Shown here piece by piece: positions 18,954 to 29,191 of a stretch of 64,000 nt of DNA (the stretch's first letter is position 1; each line of letters begins with the position of its first letter). The DNA comes from a virus. The stretch lies in IMG/VR virus record IMGVR_UViG_3300042387_002391; one strand, given 5' to 3'. Under the pieces are notes generated by a model. The model had not been told where the DNA came from. It saw only the letters and a list, made by a program, of their open reading frames with translations, and did not search any database. A program made the position numbers and the translations under genes.

Positions 18954-19543
18954 TGATTGTTCCTTATGATGAAGCTATTAATGTCGCCAAAGAATCTTGA
19001 AATGTTATAGCAAATCTTGCCAACTTTATTCCAGAACCAGAACCACCCAGAATACTTTTTGAGCTTATAAGAAAAGCTTTTTTTCTTCTTTTCCTGTTCT
19101 TTCCAAAATTCGTCCATTCTAATTTTGCGGCACTCATGCTTTTCTGTCTTCACAAGCTCAATCTTATCAAGCTTTCCGTACGTAAAATAAGCTTCAAAAT
19201 CTGCCCAAATATCTTCTTCCTCAGAAAGATCGAACATTTCATAAAACTTAATTGTGCCATGAAAATTAACTTGTTTTGTATATTGCTTGGAAATTTTCTG
19301 ATCTTTTACAATATTCCAAGGTTTATGATCCTTTTGCTTCTTTTCTTCTTCTGTATAGTAGGTATACTCATACTCTATAATATCCTCTATAAGAGCACCG
19401 TCTTCAGTAATAACATAATTCTCCAGACAATTATCTAAATCTTTAGTTTGGAACTGTACTTCGTCCCAAACAACATTAAGTTTTTTGAGCTCATCGTTAA
19501 GCGGCAATTCTTTTTTGCATTTGATATATGAAAACATTCCCAT
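18950..19543 (-). CDS. conserved phage hypothetical protein
   Basis: MGMF...FQTKDLDNCL...FHGTIKFY. Confidence 0.8.
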   Translation of the reverse strand: MGMFSYIKCKKELPLNDELKKLNVVWDEVQFQTKDLDNCLENYVITEDGALIEDIIEYEYTYYTEEEKKQKDHKPWNIVKDQKISKQYTKQVNFHGTIKFYEMFDLSEEEDIWADFEAYFTYGKLDKIELVKTEKHECRKIRMDEFWKEQEKKKKSFSYKLKKYSGWFWFWNKVGKICYNISRFFGDINSFIIRNNQ

Positions 19544-19615
19544 GAGTTATTTTGCCTTTCTAAGGTTTTTTATTTCTTCTTCAGACTACTTCAAAAACGA
19601 AGTTTGTCAACAAAA

Positions 19616-19990
19616 TTAATCCTCCTCTTTGATGTCAAGAAGATTTTTCAGCAGATCAATTGATCTACCTGTTAATTCGCAAGAATCCCAGTCTCGAAAG
19701 TCACAACTTGTTTGAAACTGCTCATCATATTCTTCAAATTTCTTGCGCAAAAATGTTTTGAAAGTTTCTGATGCGTTCTTTTTTATGATGTCTAAAAAGA
19801 GTTCGATTTCTTCATCTGTCAAATGTAGCCCAATCATAGCCCCGTCATGCTTTGAGCCATAATTGAACTCAATTTTAATTTCTACGGGAGGATGCAACTC
19901 CCCAAAGCACTTCCCAGAAAAGTCTGAATAATAAGTTGCTTCCTCTCTTTCTGCTGGCTTAGTAATTTTTTTCATCGATAAGATGATCAA
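19616..19990 (-). CDS. hypothetical protein
   Basis: 124 aa ORF. Confidence 0.7.
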   Translation of the reverse strand: MIILSMKKITKPAEREEATYYSDFSGKCFGELHPPVEIKIEFNYGSKHDGAMIGLHLTDEEIELFLDIIKKNASETFKTFLRKKFEEYDEQFQTSCDFRDWDSCELTGRSIDLLKNLLDIKEED

Positions 19991-19999
19991 ACAAATTTT

Positions 20000-20266
20000 T
20001 TAAAAATCTACACCGAGAGTTGTAAAAGCATTTGTTTTAAAATCATTCCCAAAATGATCATAATCGAGTGTAACCTTTCCGCCAATGTATACAATGTAGT
20101 CTTTGTACTTTGGTTCATGAATTACTACACGATACTCACCGCTTAAATTCGTTCCAAGCGCTTTGTCTTGTGATTGAGAGTAGTTTGTCTCTCCAAATAT
20201 TTTAAAAGGTTTGGTCTGCTGACAAACGGCTGTAGCAGTCATCAAAAAGAAGATTAAAAATTTCAT
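20000..20266 (-). CDS. small secreted beta-strand protein with C-terminal Phe
   Basis: signal peptide, alternating beta pattern, ends TTLGVDF. Confidence 0.6.
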   Translation of the reverse strand: MKFLIFFLMTATAVCQQTKPFKIFGETNYSQSQDKALGTNLSGEYRVVIHEPKYKDYIVYIGGKVTLDYDHFGNDFKTNAFTTLGVDF

Positions 20267-20640
20267 TTCACGAACTCAGCAAATGTTACATAACGGCCTT
20301 CTTGACGAGCATCAGTTGCTTTCTGAGCAATAGTCACTGGATCATCTTTAAAAGCACGGACTCTATAACTACCCCAAAAGTCATATGTCCAGAGTTGGTT
20401 CTTGCCTTTTGGATACATATATGCAACAATGGCATGCCCTTTCATCTTTTTGTCCTTTTTATCATACCAGTGGTAAATGACAACTTCTGACCAAACATCA
20501 TATTTTCTGAGACCTTCACGAAAGGCAATTGCTGTCGGTAGACAAGCATTCCTTTTTGTTTCCATCCAAGATTCTGGATTAGAGGGAGTTACACAAGAAG
20601 TTAAGATAGCGCAAGCGAGGAGGAGTAGTATATTTTTCAT
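20263..20640 (-). CDS. lipoprotein with putative Cys-His-Asp triad
   Basis: lipobox LTSC; NACLP, GHAIV, WTYD. Confidence 0.7.
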   Translation of the reverse strand: MKNILLLLACAILTSCVTPSNPESWMETKRNACLPTAIAFREGLRKYDVWSEVVIYHWYDKKDKKMKGHAIVAYMYPKGKNQLWTYDFWGSYRVRAFKDDPVTIAQKATDARQEGRYVTFAEFVK

Positions 20641-21020
20641 TTTAAAAATTCAGCATAGGTTACAATTTTGTTAAAATAGCGAGCATCTTCTGCTTTTTGA
20701 GCAACGTCGAACGGATTTGTCGTGTCCGCACTTATTTGATAAGTTCCGAAATTATCATAAGTCCAGATTCTATTAGAGTTGGTTGGATATTCGAAAACGA
20801 CAGCAGCATGATTTAAAAATTTTTTCTCTTTCAAATCATATTTTCGATACAAAATAATTTCTGACCAGACATCATATTTTTTTAAGCTTTCCTTGAATGT
20901 TACTGCTGCAGGAAAGCAGGAGTTTTTTCTGCTCTCGAGCCAGTAATCTGGATTACTTGGCGGAAGAGCACATGATGTTAAGAACAAACAACTAACAACG
21001 GTCAGTATTTGGTTTTTCAT
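20637..21020 (-). CDS. lipoprotein, paralog of 20263..20640
   Basis: lipobox LTSC; NSCFP, NHAAV, WTYD. Confidence 0.7.
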   Translation of the reverse strand: MKNQILTVVSCLFLTSCALPPSNPDYWLESRKNSCFPAAVTFKESLKKYDVWSEIILYRKYDLKEKKFLNHAAVVFEYPTNSNRIWTYDNFGTYQISADTTNPFDVAQKAEDARYFNKIVTYAEFLK

Positions 21021-21021
21021 T

Positions 21022-21438
21022 TTAAACGAGGCTTTCTGTCCAACAGAATACTACATTTTTAAAATTTTCCAACGCTTTTACTAAATTATGTCTGACGAGC
21101 CTTTGCCAGATGAAATATTTGTTTGCAAGACCACCTCCAAGTTGCGAAACATAAAAGGTTTTATCTGGTCTTTTTTGAATAATCCTTTTGAGCTTTTCTA
21201 ACTCTTCAAAAAACACGGGCGAGTATTCTTCCGGTTTGTAGAACGATTCGTCTTTGTTATCTGGGAACTTTTTCGTAATAAATCCGATTGCATGCGGATG
21301 ATCTCGCAATTTTGCTGCTCCGCCATGTCCCCATCTTTCTAAATTGTCTCCGAAGACGAAGTAAGCATCTGGATTATGATCCAAAAATTCTTGCGTTATT
21401 TTAATGTCTTTATAAGTTGCCATAAGAATATTTATCAA
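21022..21438 (-). CDS. macrodomain-like conserved phage protein
   Basis: FVFGDNL..WGHGGAA, LGGGLA. Confidence 0.65.
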   Translation of the reverse strand: MINILMATYKDIKITQEFLDHNPDAYFVFGDNLERWGHGGAAKLRDHPHAIGFITKKFPDNKDESFYKPEEYSPVFFEELEKLKRIIQKRPDKTFYVSQLGGGLANKYFIWQRLVRHNLVKALENFKNVVFCWTESLV

Positions 21439-22079
21439 AATCCAAAGGCAGCAATTGTGTGCTCAAAAGGATTTCCTTCAATGCTTTTAACTTGTTCTAA
21501 CATTTCTTCAACAACATCTCGTGTTTCCTTTTGAGCATCTGGCTTTAAGCGAAGTTCACACAAATGAAGAAAGGCAAGCATACTTCCTGTCCAAACAAAT
21601 GTTGTTTCTAAGCACAAAGGAAGAATAATTCTGCATTGTTCTTTAGAAACTCCTGCTTGCACTAGTTCCTCATACAAATCTTTTGATTTTTCGATCAGCT
21701 CCCTCATTTTAATTAAAAGCATTGTATTTCCGTATTCAGGAATATCTCCAGCACTTCCTTGTTTAGAATCTTTTGATTGATAGCGCAACTGCTTTGGAAG
21801 CTCATAGGAATCAGAAAAATCTACATAACGACCGCTTATGCTATTTGCTGACCAGCCAACTTGGTGCTTGAAGAGCTGCCTTTCAACATAAATTGGACAC
21901 TGAATGCGGAATTGCAATTGTGCATGACGAAACGGTGAAGTATGTTTGTGCTCAACAAGAAACTTTATCAGGCGAACATCCTTTTCGTCAAAATTTTCTT
22001 TAATTTTGCCATAAGAAACGCGAGCAACATCGACCGCCATCTTATCGCTCCCGAAGTAATCTAGTAATTCAACTTTCAT
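21435..22079 (-). CDS. thyX: FAD-dependent thymidylate synthase
   Basis: ARVSY, HTSPF, KHQ-X7-SGRY, KEQCRIILP, LRL..AQKE. Confidence 0.95.
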   Translation of the reverse strand: MKVELLDYFGSDKMAVDVARVSYGKIKENFDEKDVRLIKFLVEHKHTSPFRHAQLQFRIQCPIYVERQLFKHQVGWSANSISGRYVDFSDSYELPKQLRYQSKDSKQGSAGDIPEYGNTMLLIKMRELIEKSKDLYEELVQAGVSKEQCRIILPLCLETTFVWTGSMLAFLHLCELRLKPDAQKETRDVVEEMLEQVKSIEGNPFEHTIAAFGF

Positions 22080-22288
22080 GATTTTCTTGGTAAAAGAACA
22101 ACCGTTTCTCCTTTATTGTTAAAGTCGTCGTAATATTCCCCTTCCCAATCGCTATGAGTTGGATTTGAGACAACGTTTATCTTGTTTAAGCAATAAACTT
22201 CATCGTAACCACATTCATATCCGTCAACAACTACTTTCATTTCTTGATCCTCTTCTTGGAGAAGTTTGATTAATTCTTTAACTTTCAT
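22076..22288 (-). CDS. hypothetical protein
   Basis: MKVKELIKLL...VVVDGYECGYD. Confidence 0.75.
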   Translation of the reverse strand: MKVKELIKLLQEEDQEMKVVVDGYECGYDEVYCLNKINVVSNPTHSDWEGEYYDDFNNKGETVVLLPRKS

Positions 22289-22992
22289 TTGTCTAGATTT
22301 TTGAGTTCAATTTTTCCTTCTTTGTCAATGATTGCATAAGTTACTGGCAAATCGCACTGAGAACCAAGATTGACACATTCAATGCCTCCAACATAAGAAT
22401 GCTTTGGAACATGAGTGTGTCCAAAGCAAATCGCATCATATTTCAAATCATAGCAGTGCTGAGCAATTCTTACCGTTAGTTCGTGAGCTGCTCCGTGCCA
22501 AGTCTTAACTTTCTTTTTAATTTCTCTAGTGAATTTTTGTTTTTTATCAAATTTTTGTAACAAATAATACATTCCGGAAGCAATTTCAGTAAGCAAAGGT
22601 TTGGATGTAATAAAGTGATCCCATTTATCTCCGTGCGTAAACAAAATCCTCTTCTTTCCAACAATCTTTGTGTGCTCTTCAACAAATTCAAAGCCGAGGA
22701 GTGCAGAAATTGTTTCGAGTGATTTGTCATGGTTTCCTTTGACGAAGACACATTCTTTCTTTTTTGAAATTTTTCTGAGAGTCGAAAGAACTTCCCATTG
22801 CTTTTTGCACAAGCGATGAATATTATAGCTGTCGAGCAAGTCACCACAAATTACAACAGCATCGTATTTTTCCTTGTTAAGAATTTTAAGAGTCAAATCT
22901 GCTTGGCAAATTGGACTGCCGAGATGAATGTCTGAAAGAACGAGAATCACGTTTGCTTCTCCTTTTCCCAGCACCAATTTTGATAATCCCAA
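22285..22992 (-). CDS. LpxH-like (UDP-2,3-diacylglucosamine hydrolase family) metallophosphoesterase
   Basis: SDIHLG, GD, GNHD, HGD, GHTH, NLGS. Confidence 0.85.
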   Translation of the reverse strand: MGLSKLVLGKGEANVILVLSDIHLGSPICQADLTLKILNKEKYDAVVICGDLLDSYNIHRLCKKQWEVLSTLRKISKKKECVFVKGNHDKSLETISALLGFEFVEEHTKIVGKKRILFTHGDKWDHFITSKPLLTEIASGMYYLLQKFDKKQKFTREIKKKVKTWHGAAHELTVRIAQHCYDLKYDAICFGHTHVPKHSYVGGIECVNLGSQCDLPVTYAIIDKEGKIELKNLDK

Positions 22993-23264
22993 TGACGCTT
23001 ATCATAAAAATGAATTTCTAGTTCCCATCCAAAAAGATTTATCATTAGTCTTGCACCAGCATGATCTCTTCCGTAAGGAACAGCATCGAACTCAAAGTTA
23101 AAAAAGTGATAATTGGAATAGAATGCTTCAATTTCAAGATGCTTGTTTTTTGATAGCGACTTTTGAAAAGAAAAGAGCTTTTCCCACTTATCTTTCTTTG
23201 TAAAAAAATTTATGAAGGCAATTTTAAAATACATATTAGGTCCAGAAGAATTCTCGGTTATCAA
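22947..23264 (-). CDS. hypothetical protein
   Basis: DHAG...YDKRHW motif. Confidence 0.7.
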   Translation of the reverse strand: MITENSSGPNMYFKIAFINFFTKKDKWEKLFSFQKSLSKNKHLEIEAFYSNYHFFNFEFDAVPYGRDHAGARLMINLFGWELEIHFYDKRHWDYQNWCWEKEKQT

Positions 23265-23988
23265 TAAACCATTTCAAAATTTCTGTGTCTTTTTGTTTTT
23301 TGTGTTTTTCTAAGCGATCAAAGTCTGCATAAGTTGCATCATAGTCAAATCTACCATTTTTCATAACTTTGCTTTTGACAGCTTTTGACAAAGCTTCGTC
23401 AGTCATTTTTTCAACTTTTGCTCTTTCTTCTTCAATCCAATGCACAGCAGCAACAAGCTCTGTATAGAATTTTTTATGAAGATCATCCGCAGACCAATCA
23501 ACATGACCATCGACGACTTCTTCTCTGTAGAAGTCAACAATCAGAGCAAAGTTGGATTGAACAACCAGTTCAACAGTGTCTGTATATTTGTGCCTTGGAG
23601 CAACCTTCCTCCAGCGTGGAAATTGGGGATTCAGAAAGAGTTTGATTGCATATTTTGATTCGCGGAGAGGCCAACCAATAAATTTTTTAAAAGCAAATAC
23701 CAAAGGATTATCAAGACTTGGAAGCCATTTCCGAAGAAAGTATTGAACAGGATATTCGCTTTTAATTTGTTTATAAAATGCTTCCCAGCCTTTTTCTCCG
23801 TCTCCAAACCATTCTAGAGGAAGCGAAGAAGGACTTTTATACAGACCAAACCATTCACGATCGCTCTTTGGCAGCGCAAAGAACTCATCTACAGTTTTTG
23901 CATCAGAATAAGGAATCGTTGGAATCCTAAACCAGCTTTTTGAATGCTTGTTATCATCAGGTAGGTTTATTGCTTTTGAAAAGCTCAT
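23236..23988 (-). CDS. hypothetical protein
   Basis: 250 aa ORF ending FFWT. Confidence 0.8.
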   Translation of the reverse strand: MSFSKAINLPDDNKHSKSWFRIPTIPYSDAKTVDEFFALPKSDREWFGLYKSPSSLPLEWFGDGEKGWEAFYKQIKSEYPVQYFLRKWLPSLDNPLVFAFKKFIGWPLRESKYAIKLFLNPQFPRWRKVAPRHKYTDTVELVVQSNFALIVDFYREEVVDGHVDWSADDLHKKFYTELVAAVHWIEEERAKVEKMTDEALSKAVKSKVMKNGRFDYDATYADFDRLEKHKKQKDTEILKWFIDNREFFWT

Positions 23989-24025
23989 TCAACTACCTTA
24001 CAGATTATTTTTAAAGCGTCAACGA

Positions 24026-24394
24026 TTATTTCAAGGTCAAAAGATACTTGAGTTGATTAAGCTCCTGAAGAATTGAATCTCTAATGTTCGAGCAATCAGT
24101 ATCTTTTGCTGGATCAACCATTCCGGCAAATTCTGCAGAAAGATAATCAGTAACTTCCGCAAGAACTTCGTCAATTGAAATCTCATCAATGTTTACAAGA
24201 TCGATCGAAAGAGGAGTGGAATACATGATTTTGCCATATTTTCCTTGATGAACCTCAACCAAGCTGTCAATAAGCCCATCAAGGCTTTCATAAGCCTTTC
24301 CAAAAGCTTTGTGTTGAGCATAGCTATCAGTCTGCCAATGAAGAACACGGAGTTGGTTTTGAAGCTTGACAAGATTAACAATTACCTTTTCCAT
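24026..24394 (-). CDS. ferritin/Dps-like protein (DUF5856-like)
   Basis: LHWQTDSYAQHKA...NIRD...LKYLLTL. Confidence 0.85.
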   Translation of the reverse strand: MEKVIVNLVKLQNQLRVLHWQTDSYAQHKAFGKAYESLDGLIDSLVEVHQGKYGKIMYSTPLSIDLVNIDEISIDEVLAEVTDYLSAEFAGMVDPAKDTDCSNIRDSILQELNQLKYLLTLK

Positions 24395-24424
24395 GCTCTT
24401 ATTTATTCCGAGTTTTTAAAAATG

Positions 24425-24991
24425 TTAACGAGTACGACGACGAGTATTTGCGACCGTAATAGGTCTGCGAATGTTTGTTTTGCGCCAGAATTGATAAGCA
24501 AGAGTTACAGGAACTGTTACAATCGTTCCAGAATCAGCAACGCTATAAGCAGTATCAGCAACGGACACGATATAAGCACCATACATAGTGTACTCGCTGA
24601 TTGTTGTCATGTCTTTGTCAAATAATTGCATGATCAATACAGAAGAATCAGAAGGAGTGTTGTAGTCGCCTGTCGAAGTATTATCATTGAATGTCTGGAA
24701 GGTATTTTGTTCAAGAACATTGCGGATGTCATAGCGCTGATCACAGCGGAATGTTACAGAATATCCAGTAGAGCCAGGATAAGTGGCTGTGCCAGGAATG
24801 TTGAACGGAAGGCCCATATAAGGAACTGTTTGGTTTGTGATGGATCTGCCAGGCAATGAAGCAGTTTCAACATAAACAAGATCGTCTTCTGTAAATCCAG
24901 TATTTCCGAAACGGACTAGACGAAATTGAAATTGACGAGCGAAGTCGCGTGTTTGAGCTACTCTGTAGAATGATGTAATGTTTTGAGCCAT
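24425..24991 (-). CDS. tail tube protein (T4 gp19-like)
   Basis: ASLPG, VTFRCD, VTLAYQFW; near sheath gene; late-type motif upstream. Confidence 0.85.
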   Translation of the reverse strand: MAQNITSFYRVAQTRDFARQFQFRLVRFGNTGFTEDDLVYVETASLPGRSITNQTVPYMGLPFNIPGTATYPGSTGYSVTFRCDQRYDIRNVLEQNTFQTFNDNTSTGDYNTPSDSSVLIMQLFDKDMTTISEYTMYGAYIVSVADTAYSVADSGTIVTVPVTLAYQFWRKTNIRRPITVANTRRRTR

Positions 24992-24996
24992 GATTT

Positions 24997-25006
24997 TACT
25001 TATCTA
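24997..25006 (-). promoter_or_regulatory. putative late promoter TAGATAAGTA
   Basis: same motif precedes sheath, 35995 gene and nuclease genes. Confidence 0.65.
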
Positions 25007-25125
25007 AAATGGTTAAATTTTTAAGGTTTGAAAGGTAGTATTTCCGAATTTATTTATCTGACGTTCGATAATTTTTGTATCAAATAAATGGTTGAACGTA
25101 TTTAAAATTAAATTAATTAATTCTA

Positions 25126-26988
25126 ATGAATAATATGAATTTAGATATAGAACTAGTAAAGCAACTAAGAACAAAGCATCCAAAACATTACTGCAAAATT
25201 ATTAAAAACCATTATCAAGAAATTTATAAAGCAATTGAAGATTTTGCACAGAATGTGTATTGCGATTACCAAATGAATTTTCCACAAAAAATATATCACT
25301 GGATTCACCAGCTTCACAAAATTCCACTTTGTCCGATTAAGAATGTACTTTTAAAATTTTATAATCATAAGTTTGAATACAGAAAGTTTAGCGAAAGAGG
25401 ATTGTTCACAGAAGAGTTTGCAAAAAATAGAATGAAGGGAAGAACAAAATTTCCTAATGCCAAAGAAAGAATGGGTGATATTGATGCAAATTTTCGATAC
25501 GAAGAAAATTATAAGGAACAAGCTTTTAAGCAAGTCAGCAAAATGTTTGACGAAATACAAAACATTGGGGGAGTTTGTACCGCAATTAAAACCAAAAAGA
25601 ATGCTAAACTGTATTCTTTTGTTAAAAATTTATATCCAACAGCAGAAACGTTTTCAGAGTGTTTGTTTTTGCTTTTAAACAACATGTCTGAACCACCTTT
25701 GTGTCCATTTTCCAAGCTTCCTTTGCCTTTTGTAAATTTTAAGCAAGGTTATAAAGACACTCACCCTGCTGCTGTTTGCGATTTAAAGAGACACAAAAGG
25801 CAAGAAAAGCTTCAAAATCTCGAAATTTTGTCTAAAGAAGAAACAATTGTACAACTTCAAATGATGATAGACGAGCTCAGAAGAAACAATATTTCGATCA
25901 ATAATTTGAAGCAGTCTGCGGTTAAAAGATGTCCTAGTTTAGCAATATCGATCGAACAGCACACAAAAACATATACAACTCTTACCAAAAAATGGTCAGA
26001 AAGAGCTTATTTGCTTTTGCATGAAGGCGAATCGAGAGATTTCTCGAAATGCAGATTTTCTTCTTTTGATGAAGGCTACTATGACACATTCGTTAACCCT
26101 AACAGTTCGATTGGAGAAGAAAATCTTGCGAGTTGGATCGAAAGTCTGAGTGTCAGCAAAATAAGGAGGCACGAAAGGCTTTTAAACGGGATGGAGGCAG
26201 ACATCTATGCCGAGAATGTTAACTTAGCGATAGAATATCACGGCGAATATTATCATAATTTTGAATTTAGAGGCACAGACTATCACAAGCGAAAAGCAGA
26301 TGCTGCTTTAACCAAAAATATAAATTTGCTTCAAATTTTTGAAAGCGAATGGTATAATAAGCAAGAAATAGTAAAGTCTATTATTAAATCTGAACTGGGA
26401 ATATTCTCTTTCAAAGTTGATGCAGAATCGTGCTTAGTTAAGCAACTTGACTCTAAAACAAAAAATGAATTTTTAGTAAAAAACCATATTCAGGGAATCG
26501 ACCGTTCGATTATTGCTTTTGGCCTTTATTTCGATGACGAATTAGTCTCTTGTATGACATTCGGAAGAGGATGTAAACAAAAGGACAATCGAATTGAATT
26601 AGTTAAATTTTGCAATAAACTAGACACTGCAGTAATTGGAGGAGCAAGTAAACTGATAAATGCATTCGCAAAGCAGTTTAAGCCTGCAAAAATTTTTACA
26701 TTTTCAGACAGAAGATTTGCAAATAGTAGTAATTTTTACGAAGATTTGGGTTTTAAAAAATGTAACCAAACAATACCGAATTATTTTTACTTCAAATCTA
26801 GCATGCCTCAATACATGAAGTTAATCCACCATTGCAATTTCGCGAAACATTTGCTGCCTCGTAAATTAAAACAGTATGACGCAAATCAAACAGAGTATGA
26901 AAATATGAAGCAGAACGGTTACTTTAAAATTTATGATGCAGGAAGCTTCAGATATGAACTAACTTTTAAACAACCTACCAATGTTTAG
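25126..26988 (+). CDS. free-standing homing endonuclease (Hef-like, PD-(D/E)xK-type)
   Basis: EADIY..AIEYHGEYYH, QIFESEW, NHIQG, GGASKL, SDRRF, YDAG; repeated N-terminal PLCP modules. Confidence 0.8.
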   Translation: MNNMNLDIELVKQLRTKHPKHYCKIIKNHYQEIYKAIEDFAQNVYCDYQMNFPQKIYHWIHQLHKIPLCPIKNVLLKFYNHKFEYRKFSERGLFTEEFAKNRMKGRTKFPNAKERMGDIDANFRYEENYKEQAFKQVSKMFDEIQNIGGVCTAIKTKKNAKLYSFVKNLYPTAETFSECLFLLLNNMSEPPLCPFSKLPLPFVNFKQGYKDTHPAAVCDLKRHKRQEKLQNLEILSKEETIVQLQMMIDELRRNNISINNLKQSAVKRCPSLAISIEQHTKTYTTLTKKWSERAYLLLHEGESRDFSKCRFSSFDEGYYDTFVNPNSSIGEENLASWIESLSVSKIRRHERLLNGMEADIYAENVNLAIEYHGEYYHNFEFRGTDYHKRKADAALTKNINLLQIFESEWYNKQEIVKSIIKSELGIFSFKVDAESCLVKQLDSKTKNEFLVKNHIQGIDRSIIAFGLYFDDELVSCMTFGRGCKQKDNRIELVKFCNKLDTAVIGGASKLINAFAKQFKPAKIFTFSDRRFANSSNFYEDLGFKKCNQTIPNYFYFKSSMPQYMKLIHHCNFAKHLLPRKLKQYDANQTEYENMKQNGYFKIYDAGSFRYELTFKQPTNV

Positions 26989-27002
26989 TTGGTAGGTTGT
27001 TT
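26968..27002. terminator. bidirectional intrinsic terminator
   Basis: perfect 14-bp stem AAACAACCTACCAA/TTGGTAGGTTGTTT between convergent genes. Confidence 0.8.
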
Positions 27003-27016
27003 TCCTTTTTGACTTT

Positions 27017-29119
27017 TTAAATAATTTCTTGGAAGTTTTGGCTCGTGCGGGTTGCAATAAAGTCAATCAAAATAAATTCCGAACTCCGTACAGCCTTCAA
27101 ATAAATGCTAACCAAAAGTTCGTTATTATCGATGACATCAGGTGTGTTAATTCTTTCGTCGCAGACAATTTCAAAGTCAAAAAGTCCTTCTGTGTTCTTT
27201 GCAAACTCAAAAATTGGAGTAATAACACTCTTCAGACGAGTCCTTGTAAATTCGGTATTTGGTTCAAACACAAAATACTTCAAGGTTCTTTGAGTTGCTC
27301 TTTCGAGAGTTAGGAACAATCTGCGAACATTGATGCGATCAAAAGCAGTTGGTTTTGTTTGAAGGGTTTTTTGACCCATTACAGCAAATCCGTCTCCACT
27401 AAAGAACACAACAGGGTTTACAGAAATTTCATAAAGTCTGTCGCGTTGTTTTTGATTTGGATTGAAAGCAATATCGAGAGCATTGAAAGTGCCTCTGTTG
27501 AGACCTGCTGGAGCAAACCATGGTTGAGAGACCGCATCATTGCGAGCAAATGTTGCAGCAGCATAACCTGAAAACGGTACCCACATTCTGCGACCTGTAA
27601 AGATATCAGAAACTTTGACCCAGTTACCATACATTGCAGCATAGTTGCTTTCAGAGCTAGCAATCTCTTTGAGGGGATTGTAAATGTCTTGGGTAAATGT
27701 TTTTCCTTCAGAATCAATTACTTTTGAGTCTCTGCCCAATACAAAAATAGGACGAAGAGGATCGATAATTGCCATGCAATCTTTGCGAGTATTTTGAGCA
27801 AAGTTGACAAGTGTGTCAGAAACTGCGCGGAAGTCATCAGTCAAGGCAGAAACATCGCTGACGAATGTTTCATCATTGAAGGAGCTAATTCCGAGCGTAT
27901 TTGTCATTGCAAATACTGTAGAAAGACCGGCATCAACAATAACATCAACAATAGTGTTTTCAATGCTTTCGAGAGGACGAAGAGCTTTGTCAAGCTTTCC
28001 TGGAACGCTTCCGATAACTTTCGAAACGTCTTGTGAGCGGCTGTCGGGAGTAAAGACGCCAAGAGGGAAGAGAGCTTTGGCTCCGTCAGTAACAGTAACG
28101 CGAGAGGTCGGAAGAGTGGAGTTAACAGCCCATTGATAGCTCTTAGAGATTGCTGGGTTGATATACATCTTAATTGTCGGAGAGGCATCGTTGATATTAT
28201 CTCCAATGAATGCGTTTGAAAGAATGCCACCAGTTGGGCTTACTTGGCGTCTGTTATAATCAAATGAGCCGAGGTACTTTTCAGTTGTTGCGAGGGTTAA
28301 CATTGTTGCGTCTGAAGTAGAACGACGAACTTTATAAACACCGAGGGAAAGATGATCTTGATATTCATCAGTTTCGAAACCGATGAAGCCAACCTTTTCG
28401 AGAGATTCAGAAATGCTATACAAGCCTCTGTTGCTGTCTGCAAGAGTTGCTGAAAGAGCAAAGTCGATGCGATCTGTCGTAATCGAACCAAATGTATCAG
28501 AAGCAGTAAGAGTCGTTAGAGCAAGAACCGATTCGAAGTTTGGTGAGCTGGTGGAAACCGCAAGGTTGTCTGCAAAGCCAACATAGTAGCCTTCTGCATA
28601 TTCATTGACAACTGTTTGGAGGTCATTAAGAATGAAGAAGCCGGCGTTAATTTCGACATCACCTGTAAGTTTAGCAGAAAGAACGGAAGAACCGGTGCCA
28701 ACCCAATCAAAGTTGCCTTCAACGAGCTTTGTGTATTGCTCTTGGCTCATGCTTGCCGCAATTGGCGCACCAATCTCCCATTCGCCAGTTGCTGAAGTCA
28801 TTGGATAGAATAGAGCTCCAAAAGAATTGGAATAAGCAGAACCAGTGTTTGCTCCGTATGGTAAACGAACAGTGTTCAGAACGCCAGGAGAATTGAGAAC
28901 TTCTTTACAGCTGTAGTAAAAGTACATTTCAGCTGGTGTCGAAGGAATGCCGTAAATTGATTCAAATTCGCTTGTTGAAGTAATCAACAAAGGCTCGCTG
29001 ACAGGACCTTGGGGAGCAAAGCCAGGAACAACGATTGTCGTGCCTGCTTGAATTTGTGTACGAAGTGAAAGATCTTTTTCAGTAATCTGAACGCCGGGTG
29101 AGTTAATGATTCTTGCCAT
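27017..29119 (-). CDS. tail sheath protein (T4 gp18-like)
   Basis: SPGVQITEKDLS; PWFAPAGLNRG; GQKTLQ..AFDRINVRRLF; VFEPN. Confidence 0.96.
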   Translation of the reverse strand: MARIINSPGVQITEKDLSLRTQIQAGTTIVVPGFAPQGPVSEPLLITSTSEFESIYGIPSTPAEMYFYYSCKEVLNSPGVLNTVRLPYGANTGSAYSNSFGALFYPMTSATGEWEIGAPIAASMSQEQYTKLVEGNFDWVGTGSSVLSAKLTGDVEINAGFFILNDLQTVVNEYAEGYYVGFADNLAVSTSSPNFESVLALTTLTASDTFGSITTDRIDFALSATLADSNRGLYSISESLEKVGFIGFETDEYQDHLSLGVYKVRRSTSDATMLTLATTEKYLGSFDYNRRQVSPTGGILSNAFIGDNINDASPTIKMYINPAISKSYQWAVNSTLPTSRVTVTDGAKALFPLGVFTPDSRSQDVSKVIGSVPGKLDKALRPLESIENTIVDVIVDAGLSTVFAMTNTLGISSFNDETFVSDVSALTDDFRAVSDTLVNFAQNTRKDCMAIIDPLRPIFVLGRDSKVIDSEGKTFTQDIYNPLKEIASSESNYAAMYGNWVKVSDIFTGRRMWVPFSGYAAATFARNDAVSQPWFAPAGLNRGTFNALDIAFNPNQKQRDRLYEISVNPVVFFSGDGFAVMGQKTLQTKPTAFDRINVRRLFLTLERATQRTLKYFVFEPNTEFTRTRLKSVITPIFEFAKNTEGLFDFEIVCDERINTPDVIDNNELLVSIYLKAVRSSEFILIDFIATRTSQNFQEII

Positions 29120-29125
29120 ATATTT

Positions 29126-29135
29126 TATTTATCTA
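29126..29135 (-). promoter_or_regulatory. putative late promoter TAGATAAATA
   Basis: 6 nt upstream of sheath ATG. Confidence 0.65.
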
Positions 29136-29191
29136 ATTTCGGATTATTTTTTCGTTTGCGCATAAAAAACCTGTATTTTTGCGTGCAAATT

